DNA from: a virus
Virus record (IMG/VR): IMGVR_UViG_3300042453_005121
Coordinates: 1-64,000 of that record
DNA length: 64,000 nucleotides
Strand: one strand, 5' to 3'
The notes under the pieces were generated by a model. That model was given only the letters and a program-made list of their open reading frames with translations, was not told the DNA's origin and made no database searches. Position 1 is the first letter of the stretch. The number at the start of each line of letters is the position of its first letter. Positions 38,256 through 49,029 of the stretch are shown piece by piece. Position numbers and translations under genes: made by a program.

Positions 38256-38705
38256 TCAGTCCCTGATGATCGTGATTCCCGCCATCGGATCTTCCGTGAA
38301 CAATTTTTCCTTGTCTTCCGTCTCGTCGCTCGGCCCCGTCTCGTTCAAGGGCAGGTCTTCGCGCACCACGGAGTGTTCCACCTTTCCCGAACGGGTAATC
38401 TGCTCGGGCTGGTCTAGTATCAGTTTCTCTGGCATTTTTTGCTCCTTGTTATCCGGGGCGGTGAGGGCCTCAACCAACACGGCCTCCTTTGGAACCATGG
38501 AGAGGAAATAACTGTCGCCCTCCCAAGTTCCATTGGGACCCACCCACCTTTTGCCGTCCCTTGAGGGCTTCGGCAATTCTAGGGAGGCCACAGAGCTTCT
38601 GTTTCTGAACCTGTAGAGCCCCGTTCCTTCCTGGTGGTATTCGAGTATCCTCTTGTTTTGTTCGGCCCTCTCGTACCTGTTGGCTTTTTTCCCCGCCTTC
38701 TTCAT
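38256..38705 (-). CDS. Hypothetical protein
   Basis: 149-aa ORF upstream of rmlA. Confidence 0.6.
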   Translation of the reverse strand: MKKAGKKANRYERAEQNKRILEYHQEGTGLYRFRNRSSVASLELPKPSRDGKRWVGPNGTWEGDSYFLSMVPKEAVLVEALTAPDNKEQKMPEKLILDQPEQITRSGKVEHSVVREDLPLNETGPSDETEDKEKLFTEDPMAGITIIRD

Positions 38706-38762
38706 GCCTTGGCCTTTCTTTGGGAATGCATTCTATATTAAACAGAGTATCTAGGTCTCAAT

Positions 38763-39107
38763 ATGTCAAAAATTAAACCAAAAAAGTGGACCGATGTGTA
38801 TCCGGCGGGGTCGGAGGAGGGCGACGAGGAATCAAGGTTCTTCAAGAGCCTTGCGAGGCACCCCAAGTATGAATGGAAGAGTACGGCTGCCTTGGCCAAG
38901 GAAAGCGGACTCACTCAGAAGAGGGTGGAGGAGATAATGGCCAAGTACATCAAGTTGAACATGGTGTTCCAGAATCCAAACAACGAGGAACACTGGGGCT
39001 ACTGGGAGCGTGTGCCTCACATGCTCCCCGACTCCTACGTGAGCGTTTCCGACGAGGATAAACAAAAAAGGATATCTCGGGCTTCCGGCAAGTCGGGATC
39101 AGAGTGA
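38763..39107 (+). CDS. Hypothetical, possible winged-HTH protein
   Basis: WKSTAALAKESGLTQKRVEEI. Confidence 0.55.
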   Translation: MSKIKPKKWTDVYPAGSEEGDEESRFFKSLARHPKYEWKSTAALAKESGLTQKRVEEIMAKYIKLNMVFQNPNNEEHWGYWERVPHMLPDSYVSVSDEDKQKRISRASGKSGSE

Positions 39108-41426
39108 CATCGGCGTTTTTTTGAGGTGATCGCAAACGAACTTGAGCCCGTCGTTCAGCCACTGCCAAGTCGTAGAGGTACTTATTTCTCCTCCTCCCTG
39201 ATCTGGATTGCCCGGTCCGTACATCTTCGTCGTGATGGACTTTATGATGTCGTGCATTTGTTTCAAACTGACCTCTCTGTCGCTGATTGAACTGAGGTAT
39301 TGAAAGCACTTGTCGCCTCTGTTCCTTGTTGACATCCCAAAGAACCTTTCCAATGACTCATCGCTTATTTCTCCGGAATTCATGATGGCAGTTCCAGTGT
39401 TTGCGTCGTATGGAAGTTGCAGCTTCACGCAAACTGCCAAGGCCTGCCACAATGGTGCTGGCCTGCCTCCTGGTCCTGGTTTTTTTCTCATCCCCATTTG
39501 AGAGCCCTTAGCATTCAAGGCTCTGATTGCGTCGTAGATATATCTCATCATCTGCCTTTTTCTTTCCTTGTCCAACGCTATGGCCGTGGGTGTCGTGCTC
39601 GTGCTCGCTCCCGAGAAAATTCCTGGTCTTTCCTGGACATCGTCGTCTGACCTGGCCTTGGCCAGCGCGTCCAATCCCTGACTGAGGTCGTCCCCGCCGG
39701 ATTCCTTGTCGCCGGACTGACCTGCGAACAAAAGTTTGGCTCGACCCTTGCTGGCGTAGTGGTCCCTGTACGTCTCGAGGGTTTGGATTATGTCATTCGG
39801 ATTTAACGTTATACCTATCTGGGGAGCGGCCTTGATCACGACCTGCTTCATGAGTTCAAGTCTGTATTTGTCTTCTCCGGAGGCCGTGATGCCTTCCTCT
39901 GTGCCCTTGCGCACCGCGTCCAGATATTTCATATGAAATCTGAGCGACGAGTACGGGTCGGCGATCATGCGCTTCAATTCATTCTCGTCAACCTTCATCA
40001 TTTCGGCCACTTCAGACTCGGGTCGTCCTCTTTCCAACATTGATTTGGCGTAGAGTGCTCGCTTGGCCGCGTTTATGTCCTTGTTCATCCTGCTGTTGAC
40101 TTCGTTTCTTCGATTGACTTCGTCCCTTCTGTGAGCGGTGGGAGATCTTAGTTCTTGGGCGGCCGTTCTTGCGAGGCCGAATATTCTTTGTCTCCAAGAC
40201 TTGAGCATGGATTCCGAGTCATCGTCTATAGCCCCCCATGATTTGGCCTTGCCTTCCAGCGTCACCTTTCTTCCGGCGAGCATCTGCAGCATTCGGGTCG
40301 TGAATTCATTCGCGACTTCCTCGGGATCGGAGAAATACATGTGTCCTTGCACTCCCTTCTTGGCTCCCCTGAAGGAAGAGGTGTTATTCGCAACCACGCT
40401 GCGGAAGGCTCCTCTGAAGGTGTCCGGTGCTGATTCTTCCAGGCCAGATAAATCCTTTATCAGTTTTTCCTTGGCAGAATCCACCTTTTCGGAGGGTCTC
40501 ATCTTGGTTCTTCCCCAACGATCAACAATTGCATTGCCTTCTTTGTCCGTTACGGGCACGATTAGATCGGCGGATTTTATGTCGGATGGAATGTCGTTGT
40601 CTTGCTCTTTCAGAGCGTTGTTGATGGCCTTTATGGTTTCCGATTCCCTTTTTTCGTCCTTCTTGATTCTTGCTAGATTTTCCGGCCTGAGGTAGCCGAG
40701 ACGGACCAATATCTCTTCCGCCTCCTCTAGTATTTTCTTCTTTTTTTCGTCGTCTTCTTCGTCGTCGTCGTACGAAAGGAAGGACTCGGAAACTGGGCTG
40801 ATCTTTTTGTAGTCGGACAAGAGTTCTTTGAGCCTATCTATTTCCCTCTTGCGGTCCATCATCGCGTGCCAACGCACCCAGAGGGCGTTGTTCTTCAGTC
40901 TCGTGGCGAATTCTCTTTGCGAATCGGACATGCGGTATTCGCCTTTCTTCTTGCGCTCCTCTTCTTCTTCCGCTGCGGCGCGGGCCTTTTCGGCATCTTC
41001 CTTTTCCTTCTGTATGGCTTCGTCGTCTATTTCGGTAGGCTTGGCATCTTCATCCCCGCCGGCGAACGGGTCGGGCATCTCCACGACCTCGGCCTTGCCG
41101 CACTTGGGACACACGTTCTGGTCGTCCTTCTCGTCAAATTTTCCGACGTAGGGGCAGTGCTCGCATTCCCTTATGTCGGCGTCCGATACTTTTTCCTGGC
41201 ACTGGGGGCATTCCAGGCCCTCCCGTTCCTTGTCCTCGAATCGTCCGTGGTAGCCGCACTTGTGGCAATCAAGTTCGTGGTCCTTGTAGTAGTTTTCACC
41301 CACGGCCTCGCAGAATTGCCTGAAAAATTCCTCAAGCACGACCTCGGCGTTCATCTGGGTCTGGACGGGCCTAATTATGTCGTTTATTACGCTCTCAATT
41401 ATCAGCCATTCCTTGAAACTGCTCAT
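39099..41426 (-). CDS. Large protein with CTS-like N-terminus, two zinc ribbons and possible sigma-factor-like regions
   Basis: MSSFKEWLIIES; CHKC/CPQC and CEHC/CPKC; weak sigma70 region 2 and region 4 resemblance. Confidence 0.6.
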   Translation of the reverse strand: MSSFKEWLIIESVINDIIRPVQTQMNAEVVLEEFFRQFCEAVGENYYKDHELDCHKCGYHGRFEDKEREGLECPQCQEKVSDADIRECEHCPYVGKFDEKDDQNVCPKCGKAEVVEMPDPFAGGDEDAKPTEIDDEAIQKEKEDAEKARAAAEEEEERKKKGEYRMSDSQREFATRLKNNALWVRWHAMMDRKREIDRLKELLSDYKKISPVSESFLSYDDDEEDDEKKKKILEEAEEILVRLGYLRPENLARIKKDEKRESETIKAINNALKEQDNDIPSDIKSADLIVPVTDKEGNAIVDRWGRTKMRPSEKVDSAKEKLIKDLSGLEESAPDTFRGAFRSVVANNTSSFRGAKKGVQGHMYFSDPEEVANEFTTRMLQMLAGRKVTLEGKAKSWGAIDDDSESMLKSWRQRIFGLARTAAQELRSPTAHRRDEVNRRNEVNSRMNKDINAAKRALYAKSMLERGRPESEVAEMMKVDENELKRMIADPYSSLRFHMKYLDAVRKGTEEGITASGEDKYRLELMKQVVIKAAPQIGITLNPNDIIQTLETYRDHYASKGRAKLLFAGQSGDKESGGDDLSQGLDALAKARSDDDVQERPGIFSGASTSTTPTAIALDKERKRQMMRYIYDAIRALNAKGSQMGMRKKPGPGGRPAPLWQALAVCVKLQLPYDANTGTAIMNSGEISDESLERFFGMSTRNRGDKCFQYLSSISDREVSLKQMHDIIKSITTKMYGPGNPDQGGGEISTSTTWQWLNDGLKFVCDHLKKTPMSL

Positions 41427-41523
41427 CAAATTAACTCCTGTATTGCGGCACAAGGCTATATATGGCGACGAAAATTATTATGCGGATGCTATATAAGACG
41501 AGGTCTCATTTTTGGAGAAAGAT

Positions 41524-41751
41524 ATGAAGTCATTTTTGAACTGGGTTAAGGAAGAGAAACTTGAGCTTCCCGTGATCGACGCGCCGGAGGCCGAGAAGAC
41601 CGTTGAAGAGAAGACCAAGAGGACGGGGCTGAGTGCGAATTATCCGCCAGCCTATGTCTCGAGTCAGTATCCTCACAAGTACTTTAATCCGAGCAAGGCG
41701 ACCGCCGACCTTGACATACAGAACATCAAGAAGAAGGACGTGAATTCCTGA
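41524..41751 (+). CDS. Small protein with CTS-like N-terminus
   Basis: GGAG SD; MKSFLNWVKEE. Confidence 0.65.
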   Translation: MKSFLNWVKEEKLELPVIDAPEAEKTVEEKTKRTGLSANYPPAYVSSQYPHKYFNPSKATADLDIQNIKKKDVNS

Positions 41752-41752
41752 T

Positions 41753-41992
41753 ATGGGGTGCGGGTGCGGCGGAGGAAGGAGGAACGTAGGATCTAGGGCT
41801 GCATCTGCTCAGCCGCAGCCGCAGACCCAGCCCGGATCGACCAGGGTCGTTCAGAACCAGGCCGCTAGGCAGGCCCTCGTGCAACAGGCCAAGGAAAGGC
41901 TCATGCAGAATGCACCGCAGAATAACAATGAGGCCGAACGGAAGCGCAGGATTCAGGTCTCGCTCAGAAAAAGAAACCAGGGAAAGAGTTAA
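41753..41992 (+). CDS. Small basic protein (MGCGCG type)
   Basis: MGCGCGGGRR N-terminus; starts 1 nt after the upstream stop. Confidence 0.55.
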   Translation: MGCGCGGGRRNVGSRAASAQPQPQTQPGSTRVVQNQAARQALVQQAKERLMQNAPQNNNEAERKRRIQVSLRKRNQGKS

Positions 41993-42720
41993 AAGTTTTC
42001 CAGGTTCACTCTGGAAAGTTCCGTGGGAATGGACGTATCGGGAACGACTCCGCTGTTTATGATGATGTCTCCCATCGATATGGTCGCCGAAATTCCCTCG
42101 TCGTGCCATGTTATTCTGATTTTAGACGGAAGCGTGAATTCCCGATGTTTTTGGAATTCCTCTACCTTCATCGTCGCCACGAGTTTGTTTCCGACGCGAA
42201 ATTGCTGACGAACGATAAGCCCGTTGTGCAGTTCAATCTCGCGATTGAATCCGTCCTCTTCGGTCGCAATCCTGCGTCCGTCCGGCGTGTCTATCACCGT
42301 TGATTTCTCAATCTCGTCCACACAGAACATCGCGGCCGCCAAGCAAGGATGAAATGCAGGCTTGAGTCTGGTTTCATTTATCCTGCTCCGGTCGCAGTAA
42401 TAGACGGAACTTCGGTCAAACGAACGACACCAGAACCAGAATGTGTTCCGGTCGGCCGCCGCCTTCATCTCGGTTCTGCCCCCGAGGCTTGAATCCAAGC
42501 GGATCGCCGTCTTCTTCTTGTATTCCACGCTTGTTTTCAAAGGTCCGTGGACCACGTTCGGGGCACGAAGGTCCTTTATGTCCGAAACCATGGAATTAAA
42601 ACGGTCCATTTCGGACGAAATGTCGCCGACTTGAGGTTCCGGAGACCCCGTATTAAGGAATAAGGCCACGACGGTCAGAAGCAGCAGGAACAGAGACAAT
42701 ATCCGATAAAATTGATTCAC
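41989..42720 (-). CDS. Membrane-anchored hypothetical protein
   Basis: N-terminal TM helix and a beta-rich body. Confidence 0.6.
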   Translation of the reverse strand: MNQFYRILSLFLLLLTVVALFLNTGSPEPQVGDISSEMDRFNSMVSDIKDLRAPNVVHGPLKTSVEYKKKTAIRLDSSLGGRTEMKAAADRNTFWFWCRSFDRSSVYYCDRSRINETRLKPAFHPCLAAAMFCVDEIEKSTVIDTPDGRRIATEEDGFNREIELHNGLIVRQQFRVGNKLVATMKVEEFQKHREFTLPSKIRITWHDEGISATISMGDIIINSGVVPDTSIPTELSRVNLENF

Positions 42721-42764
42721 GCTTCATATATATCTGGTCATCTTAACAAACAACGGAGTTGTCC

Positions 42765-44051
<1,287 letters not shown>

Positions 44052-44056
44052 ATCAA

Positions 44057-44209
44057 ATGATTAAGGAACAAGTCCTCATACTCAAAGTCCTCTACGACGA
44101 CGATAAGGACAAGGCTCCACACACATGGAATTGGACCGAGATCGTTGATAAAGACTACGAGATTGAGGTCATGAACCACGGTGTAGCCGAGCCTTCAAAA
44201 TCAAATTGA
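44057..44209 (+). CDS. 50-aa hypothetical protein (below the ORF-track cutoff)
   Basis: MIKEQVLILKVLYDDDKDKAPHTWNWTEIV...; fills the intergenic gap. Confidence 0.5.
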   Translation: MIKEQVLILKVLYDDDKDKAPHTWNWTEIVDKDYEIEVMNHGVAEPSKSN

Positions 44210-44252
44210 ACATCTGAACTGATATATAAGATGGGTAAGCAACAAGGAGGTT

Positions 44253-44726
44253 GTGATGTTCAAGGAGTATGCCAATCCGGTGGGAGAACCGCACAGGATT
44301 GAGGAGGTAGAGAACAAGGTTCAATTCTATTGCCGTCTTTGGGACTCAAGAAAAGACCACAAGTCAATGTGGCTTCCCAAGGTGAGCATGTCGGCCGTGA
44401 CCAACTTCCTGCTCATGGCCCTTGATGATTTCGTGGTCGCCGTGAGCGCGGTGGTCATATCGGGGCCTGACAAGAAGGCGACGGTACTGGACGCCATAAG
44501 CAGGCTTTACGACTACACGGTGGCCGAGGCGATTCCAATCTGGCTTAAGCCTTTCGCTGCTCCTCTAAAGAATTACATAGTCTACGTCCTCGTCTCAAAC
44601 GCCATTGACTGGATGGTGGCCAAGTACAGGAACGGCAGTTGGAAATATGGCCAGAGTGCCATGGAGAGGGTTCTCATGCTCGCAGACTTGAGGATGTCCG
44701 TTTGCAATGCAAGGAGGCAAAAATGA
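44253..44726 (+). CDS. Hypothetical protein
   Basis: AAGGAGG SD; GPDKKATVL...LYD...IPIWLKP; coupled to the subtilase gene. Confidence 0.65.
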   Translation: MMFKEYANPVGEPHRIEEVENKVQFYCRLWDSRKDHKSMWLPKVSMSAVTNFLLMALDDFVVAVSAVVISGPDKKATVLDAISRLYDYTVAEAIPIWLKPFAAPLKNYIVYVLVSNAIDWMVAKYRNGSWKYGQSAMERVLMLADLRMSVCNARRQK

Positions 44727-45664
44727 AGAAAATAAACAAGAGATGCAGTCTTTTCCCGTATGAAAGGGAAGAAGTCCTGTCCATACAGGACGCCATTCAA
44801 AAATACGGCTGGAGCATAAACGCGTTTGATCTTCCGGGCGCGTGGAGTAAAAGCAAGGGCGAGGGAGTCAGGGTCGCCGTTCTTGATACCGGCGTGGACC
44901 TTGATCATCCGGACTTGGCGAAGAACATACTTCCGGGATTCAATTTTATAGACCCGAAGAATCAGCCTTGGGACGACAATCACCATGGAACTCACGTTGC
45001 CGGGATCATAGCTGCCGCCAACAACGAGATCGGAATGGTCGGAGTCGCTCCGGAGGCGAAGATCGTTCCGGTCAAAGTCCTGAACAAGAGCGGAAGCGGA
45101 AATCTCGTGGATGTAGCCAAGGGAATCAGGTGGGCTGTGGATGAGGGGAAGGTTGATTTGATCTGCATGTCACTCGGTTCTCCCAACCCGGTTCAGGAGG
45201 TGAGAAAGGCCGTGCAGTACGCCCTGTCCAAGAAGGTCGTGTGTTTCGTCGCCGCAGGCAATTCGGGAGTGACCAAGGAAGTCTTTTATCCGGCGAATTA
45301 TCCGGAGACCATAGCGATAGGGTCCATAGATGAGAACCTGTCGAGGTCCGGCTTCAGCAACACCGGGGAGAATCTTGACTTCATGGCTCCGGGAGGAAGG
45401 ATATTCTCCACGGTGCCAGACAACTGGTACGCAGTGCTGAGCGGCACCAGCATGGCGGCTCCGTTCGCCGCCGGTGTCGCGGCCTTGGTGTTGTCCTATG
45501 TAAGGAACAACGGCAAGAACATCAAGCTTGAAACGAACACTGATTACATAGAAATGTTCAAGAAGCACACTGTGCCGGTTACGAACAAGGACCTCAAGAA
45601 CAAGCAATTCTACCAGGGATTTGGAATACTAGAGCCGAAGAAGGTTCTAGAGGCCCTCGGCTGA
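44723..45664 (+). CDS. Subtilisin-family (S8) serine protease
   Basis: Catalytic motifs VAVLDTG, HGTHVAG, AAGN and SGTSMAAP. Confidence 0.95.
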   Translation: MKKINKRCSLFPYEREEVLSIQDAIQKYGWSINAFDLPGAWSKSKGEGVRVAVLDTGVDLDHPDLAKNILPGFNFIDPKNQPWDDNHHGTHVAGIIAAANNEIGMVGVAPEAKIVPVKVLNKSGSGNLVDVAKGIRWAVDEGKVDLICMSLGSPNPVQEVRKAVQYALSKKVVCFVAAGNSGVTKEVFYPANYPETIAIGSIDENLSRSGFSNTGENLDFMAPGGRIFSTVPDNWYAVLSGTSMAAPFAAGVAALVLSYVRNNGKNIKLETNTDYIEMFKKHTVPVTNKDLKNKQFYQGFGILEPKKVLEALG

Positions 45665-46207
45665 TTCGGCTTCCCTGTATATGAAGATGAGATCGGCGAG
45701 CTCTTGTCGCAAGACAAGGGCTCGTTCTCCATTTGCTTCGTGGTATTCCGACAACTTGACCATGAACGAATCCAATAATGATTTGAATTTGGCGGCGGTT
45801 TTATAGTCCTCGTTCTTTTTCGCAATCTTCATCTTCTGACTGAGTTCGGTGGCAAAAGAGACCGGGTCGGCTTGGTCGGCCTGTTGTCTGCGCCACGACT
45901 CGGGTGACCGTCCAGTGTGAGATTCCGTGGTGGCCTGAACTGACGAGATAATGTACTGCATGGAGTGCTTGAAGTTGTCGTAGCAATTAGCACAACCGAC
46001 CCTGCTGTCCTTGACTATTTCTCCTAGAGTCTTGTTGCACGTGGAGCATTTGCTTTCTTCTTGTATTATTTCCACGTTGGTCTTAGAGGCATTGAGATAA
46101 AGGCAGTCCTCGCAGACCTGAGAGGTGTTTAGTTTGTCGCCGTGCTTCTCGGTTATATAGAAGCCTTTATACTTTGAACAGGGCTTGCCACTGATTGGGC
46201 AGTTCAT
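45647..46207 (-). CDS. McsA-like (CxxC plus UvrB/UvrC motif) protein
   Basis: VCEDC, CSTC, GCANCYDNF, H.G..P and a UVR-like segment AKKNEDYKTAA. Confidence 0.75.
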   Translation of the reverse strand: MNCPISGKPCSKYKGFYITEKHGDKLNTSQVCEDCLYLNASKTNVEIIQEESKCSTCNKTLGEIVKDSRVGCANCYDNFKHSMQYIISSVQATTESHTGRSPESWRRQQADQADPVSFATELSQKMKIAKKNEDYKTAAKFKSLLDSFMVKLSEYHEANGERALVLRQELADLIFIYREAESAEGL

Positions 46208-46704
46208 ATGAATGGTTTTCCGGTTATCTTTAGGACGAAATTGTCCAGTTCTTTGAAATCTGTCTCGGGCGAGGTCGTCCTTCTTATCCACACCGGAACG
46301 ATTGATTCGGGGCCGACGTCGCCCAAGATTATTCTTGAGCCGGAACTGGTCTCTTCAAATGTGACGTCATAAGGAGCCAGTGTGTCAACCGCGATGGACG
46401 GAGCCGTGGTGTCCACGGGGGTGGGCGAGGTTCCTATCTCTATGGTTGAGCCACCGGAAGACTGCGAGTAGACGTATATTCCGGCGTCGTACAGCGAGTC
46501 GGACACGCTTATGTTTTTGATGTACACGCACCTGTAGTCGGTGCGACCCGACGAGGCCTGCTCGGTAGTGATATCAGAAAAGATGTTGTTCAGCGTCCCT
46601 AGGACGGGAGTATTTGATATTTCTCCTCCCAAGGAAAGATTCGGATTTGAATTGCTTGAACCACCCGAAAGAAAAAATTGTATTTGGTTTGACGTTATTG
46701 TCAT
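46204..46704 (-). CDS. Putative virion structural protein
   Basis: SGG..N..PN.SLGG...NNIF...YRCVY..N...PVWIRR pattern typical of phage beta-sandwich proteins. Confidence 0.55.
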   Translation of the reverse strand: MTITSNQIQFFLSGGSSNSNPNLSLGGEISNTPVLGTLNNIFSDITTEQASSGRTDYRCVYIKNISVSDSLYDAGIYVYSQSSGGSTIEIGTSPTPVDTTAPSIAVDTLAPYDVTFEETSSGSRIILGDVGPESIVPVWIRRTTSPETDFKELDNFVLKITGKPFI

Positions 46705-46773
46705 GTTGGTATCTATTGATCTGCTTGATTTTTGGACAAAATGGAATAAACTACGGCGACACGAGGCCAAGCC

Positions 46774-47748
46774 ATGGAATTCACATTTGGAACGGACCCT
46801 GAGTTTATCCTTTCCGACGAAAAAGGCAAGTTGAAAAGTGCTATAGGCGTGGTGCCAGGTGACAAAAACAATAAATTTGAATGCGACGGCGATTTATTCT
46901 TTCATGACAATGTGCTGGCGGAGTGCGTGGTCCGGCCGGGATCTGATCCGGGAGAGTTGGTGTGCAACCTCGGGGATTCGCTCCGTTCCTTGGCAAAAAT
47001 CGTCGCTCCTCTGAAAATAACGAACCTTGCCGCCGGTAATTTTGAAGAAGACGAGATGAGGGACGAAGAGGCGAGGAAGGCGGGGTGCGCCGTGGAAATG
47101 TGTGCTTACGAAATGAGGACAATACCCCCCGGAAAGATAAAGAAACTCTTCAAGAAGGAGAATTTCAGGACTGCTGGTGGTCATGTCCACTTGGGGACCG
47201 GACTCGGAAAGGATCACGAGAAGTGTTTGATGCTGGTCCGGATGCTTGATCTTTTCCTTGGGGTGCCGATGCTCGTGATTGACGATTCCCCCATGACGAT
47301 TGAAAGAAGAAAAATCTATGGACGGGCCGGAAGATACAGGCAGCCGGACCACGGGATTGAATATAGAACGCCCGGCAATTTCTGGATTTCAAGCCCCAGA
47401 ATAGTGTGTCTTTTCTTTGAAATATGCAGAGAAGTAGTGAAACTTACGGAAGAGCGAGTGTATGACGACTTCTGGAAAGTGGATCACGACACTCTGAATT
47501 CCGACGATTTCTGGAACGAATGCGGCGATCCTTCAAAGTGCCACGAGTGTCACGGCTACGATGTGAAATTGTTGAGGGACGCCTTCGGCATGGAGCGGTC
47601 CGAGATGAAATCAAAGACCAAAAAAATTCTGGATGTTGTCTTCAGATATCTGCCGAAAAAAATCAGGAACGAGGTTATGAGTCTGGAGGGTTCCAAGTTT
47701 GACATCTATGAGGAATGGAATCTTACTTCGGGCCGCGCTTCATCTTGA
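46774..47748 (+). CDS. phiEco32-like COOH-NH2 ligase type 2 (amidoligase)
   Basis: FGTDPEF, DNVLAE, RTAGGHVH, RR.IYG.AG.YR and GIEYRT. Confidence 0.85.
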   Translation: MEFTFGTDPEFILSDEKGKLKSAIGVVPGDKNNKFECDGDLFFHDNVLAECVVRPGSDPGELVCNLGDSLRSLAKIVAPLKITNLAAGNFEEDEMRDEEARKAGCAVEMCAYEMRTIPPGKIKKLFKKENFRTAGGHVHLGTGLGKDHEKCLMLVRMLDLFLGVPMLVIDDSPMTIERRKIYGRAGRYRQPDHGIEYRTPGNFWISSPRIVCLFFEICREVVKLTEERVYDDFWKVDHDTLNSDDFWNECGDPSKCHECHGYDVKLLRDAFGMERSEMKSKTKKILDVVFRYLPKKIRNEVMSLEGSKFDIYEEWNLTSGRASS

Positions 47749-48181
47749 CCGGCTTGAGCTTCTCTTGGTGCCTGTCCGGCTCGTCCTTCAAACGGTGCAT
47801 CATGTTCATCAATTCCTTGACCATCTCAGAAGGGGTGTCGTTCTTGCACTTCTCAGACCTCTGAACGGCTATGCTCTTGCGGTCCTTGTTATAGAAGCCG
47901 TTTGATATTATGAAACAACCGCCGTCCTCCCGGCCGCTGTAACTCACCATCCCGACCCACTCGCCGTCGTCCCAGTTCCTGGACGAGGCCATGATTCTGA
48001 TGGGTCCGTTGTCAAATACCTGCTTCACGTGGTAGCCGCGTTTCTTGACGGCCGCGCTCACGTAACCGAGGGCTATGCGGGCGAAACCTTCAAGGACCTC
48101 CTTTGTCTTGGTCCTGTAGTTTACTTCCACGCTGTAGCGGTGGTCTCCCTCGTTCAGTTTCATCCAGTCGTGGAACCTCAT
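47723..48181 (-). CDS. Hypothetical with CTS-like N-terminus
   Basis: MRFHDWMKLNE; ATATATA-N5-ATG upstream. Confidence 0.7.
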   Translation of the reverse strand: MRFHDWMKLNEGDHRYSVEVNYRTKTKEVLEGFARIALGYVSAAVKKRGYHVKQVFDNGPIRIMASSRNWDDGEWVGMVSYSGREDGGCFIISNGFYNKDRKSIAVQRSEKCKNDTPSEMVKELMNMMHRLKDEPDRHQEKLKPVKMKRGPK

Positions 48182-48200
48182 ACCACTATATATGAATGAA

Positions 48201-48323
48201 TCAGGCCTTCTTCACCGGCTTTTTATCGGTCTTCTTTCCGAAAATACGCTCCCAATTTCTGGCCCAGATATCTTCGTTCACCGTCTTCTTTCTGGGCGTA
48301 TCGCCCTTCCCGTTCTGGCTCAT
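48201..48323 (-). CDS. 40-aa small phage protein
   Basis: MSQNGKGDTPRKKTVNEDIWARNWERIFGKK...; GKG..PR...NW.RIF is a pattern I recognise from small phage ORFs. Confidence 0.6.
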   Translation of the reverse strand: MSQNGKGDTPRKKTVNEDIWARNWERIFGKKTDKKPVKKA

Positions 48324-48473
48324 GCGATATTAGAGCGAACCAAAAAAAATTTAGATCGTACTTATATATCGCGAACAGTCCCCTTGGGGATGTCCTCCGG
48401 AGCCGCCTCGTGGCGGGCCGGATGGTGGATTTTGGTTAGACCCGAGAAGGGTCGTAATGACAAGGAGAATGAT

Positions 48474-48956
48474 ATGAGCGGTTTAATTTCTAGGAACGGT
48501 TTTGCTCCTCGCAGGGTTGATCTTTTCTCTGAGGTGAGCAAAGAGTTGGACCACATGTTCAACGAGGTTTTTTCCCCGCAGTTCTTCGCGGGAAAGAAGG
48601 GTCGGGGTTACCCATTGCTGGACGCCGTGAGATCCAACAATTCATTGACCCTGCAGTACACTGTCCCGGGCGTGAAATTGGAAGACATGGACGTGGAGGT
48701 GACTCGGGACGACCAAGGAAGACTATTGACCGTGTCCGGCAGGCTATCGCAGGATTACCTGCACAGCGAGGGCGACTACCACATCAGGGAGTTGTCCAGC
48801 AAGGAGTTCCGCAGGGTGATACGGCTTCCCGAGGACATAACCGAGGAAGAGCCGGAGGCAGTGCTCAGGGACGGGGTCTTGAAGTTGACCTTCAAGACCA
48901 GTTCGCGGGAACAGGAACTCGTACAGACTAAGAAACTGAAGATCAAGTCAGAATGA
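48474..48956 (+). CDS. hsp20: Small heat-shock protein (Hsp20/alpha-crystallin)
   Basis: AAGGAG SD; YP..D, VPGVK.ED, LTVSG, FRR.IRLP and A.L.DGVL. Confidence 0.9.
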   Translation: MSGLISRNGFAPRRVDLFSEVSKELDHMFNEVFSPQFFAGKKGRGYPLLDAVRSNNSLTLQYTVPGVKLEDMDVEVTRDDQGRLLTVSGRLSQDYLHSEGDYHIRELSSKEFRRVIRLPEDITEEEPEAVLRDGVLKLTFKTSSREQELVQTKKLKIKSE

Positions 48957-48982
48957 ATTCGGTAGATTCGCTCTTTTGAGCG

Positions 48983-49024
48983 GGCCGGGCCCACGGGTTA
49001 AACTCCCGGGGTCCGGCCTTTTTT
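48983..49024 (+). terminator. Rho-independent terminator
   Basis: ggccgggccc...gggtccggcc followed by a T6 tract. Confidence 0.7.
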
Positions 49025-49029
49025 GTATT

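Noticed and set aside
48192-48473. N-terminal extension of Hsp20 in the ORF track
   Set aside because: It overlaps an antisense small gene and a promoter; the SD supports a start at 48474.
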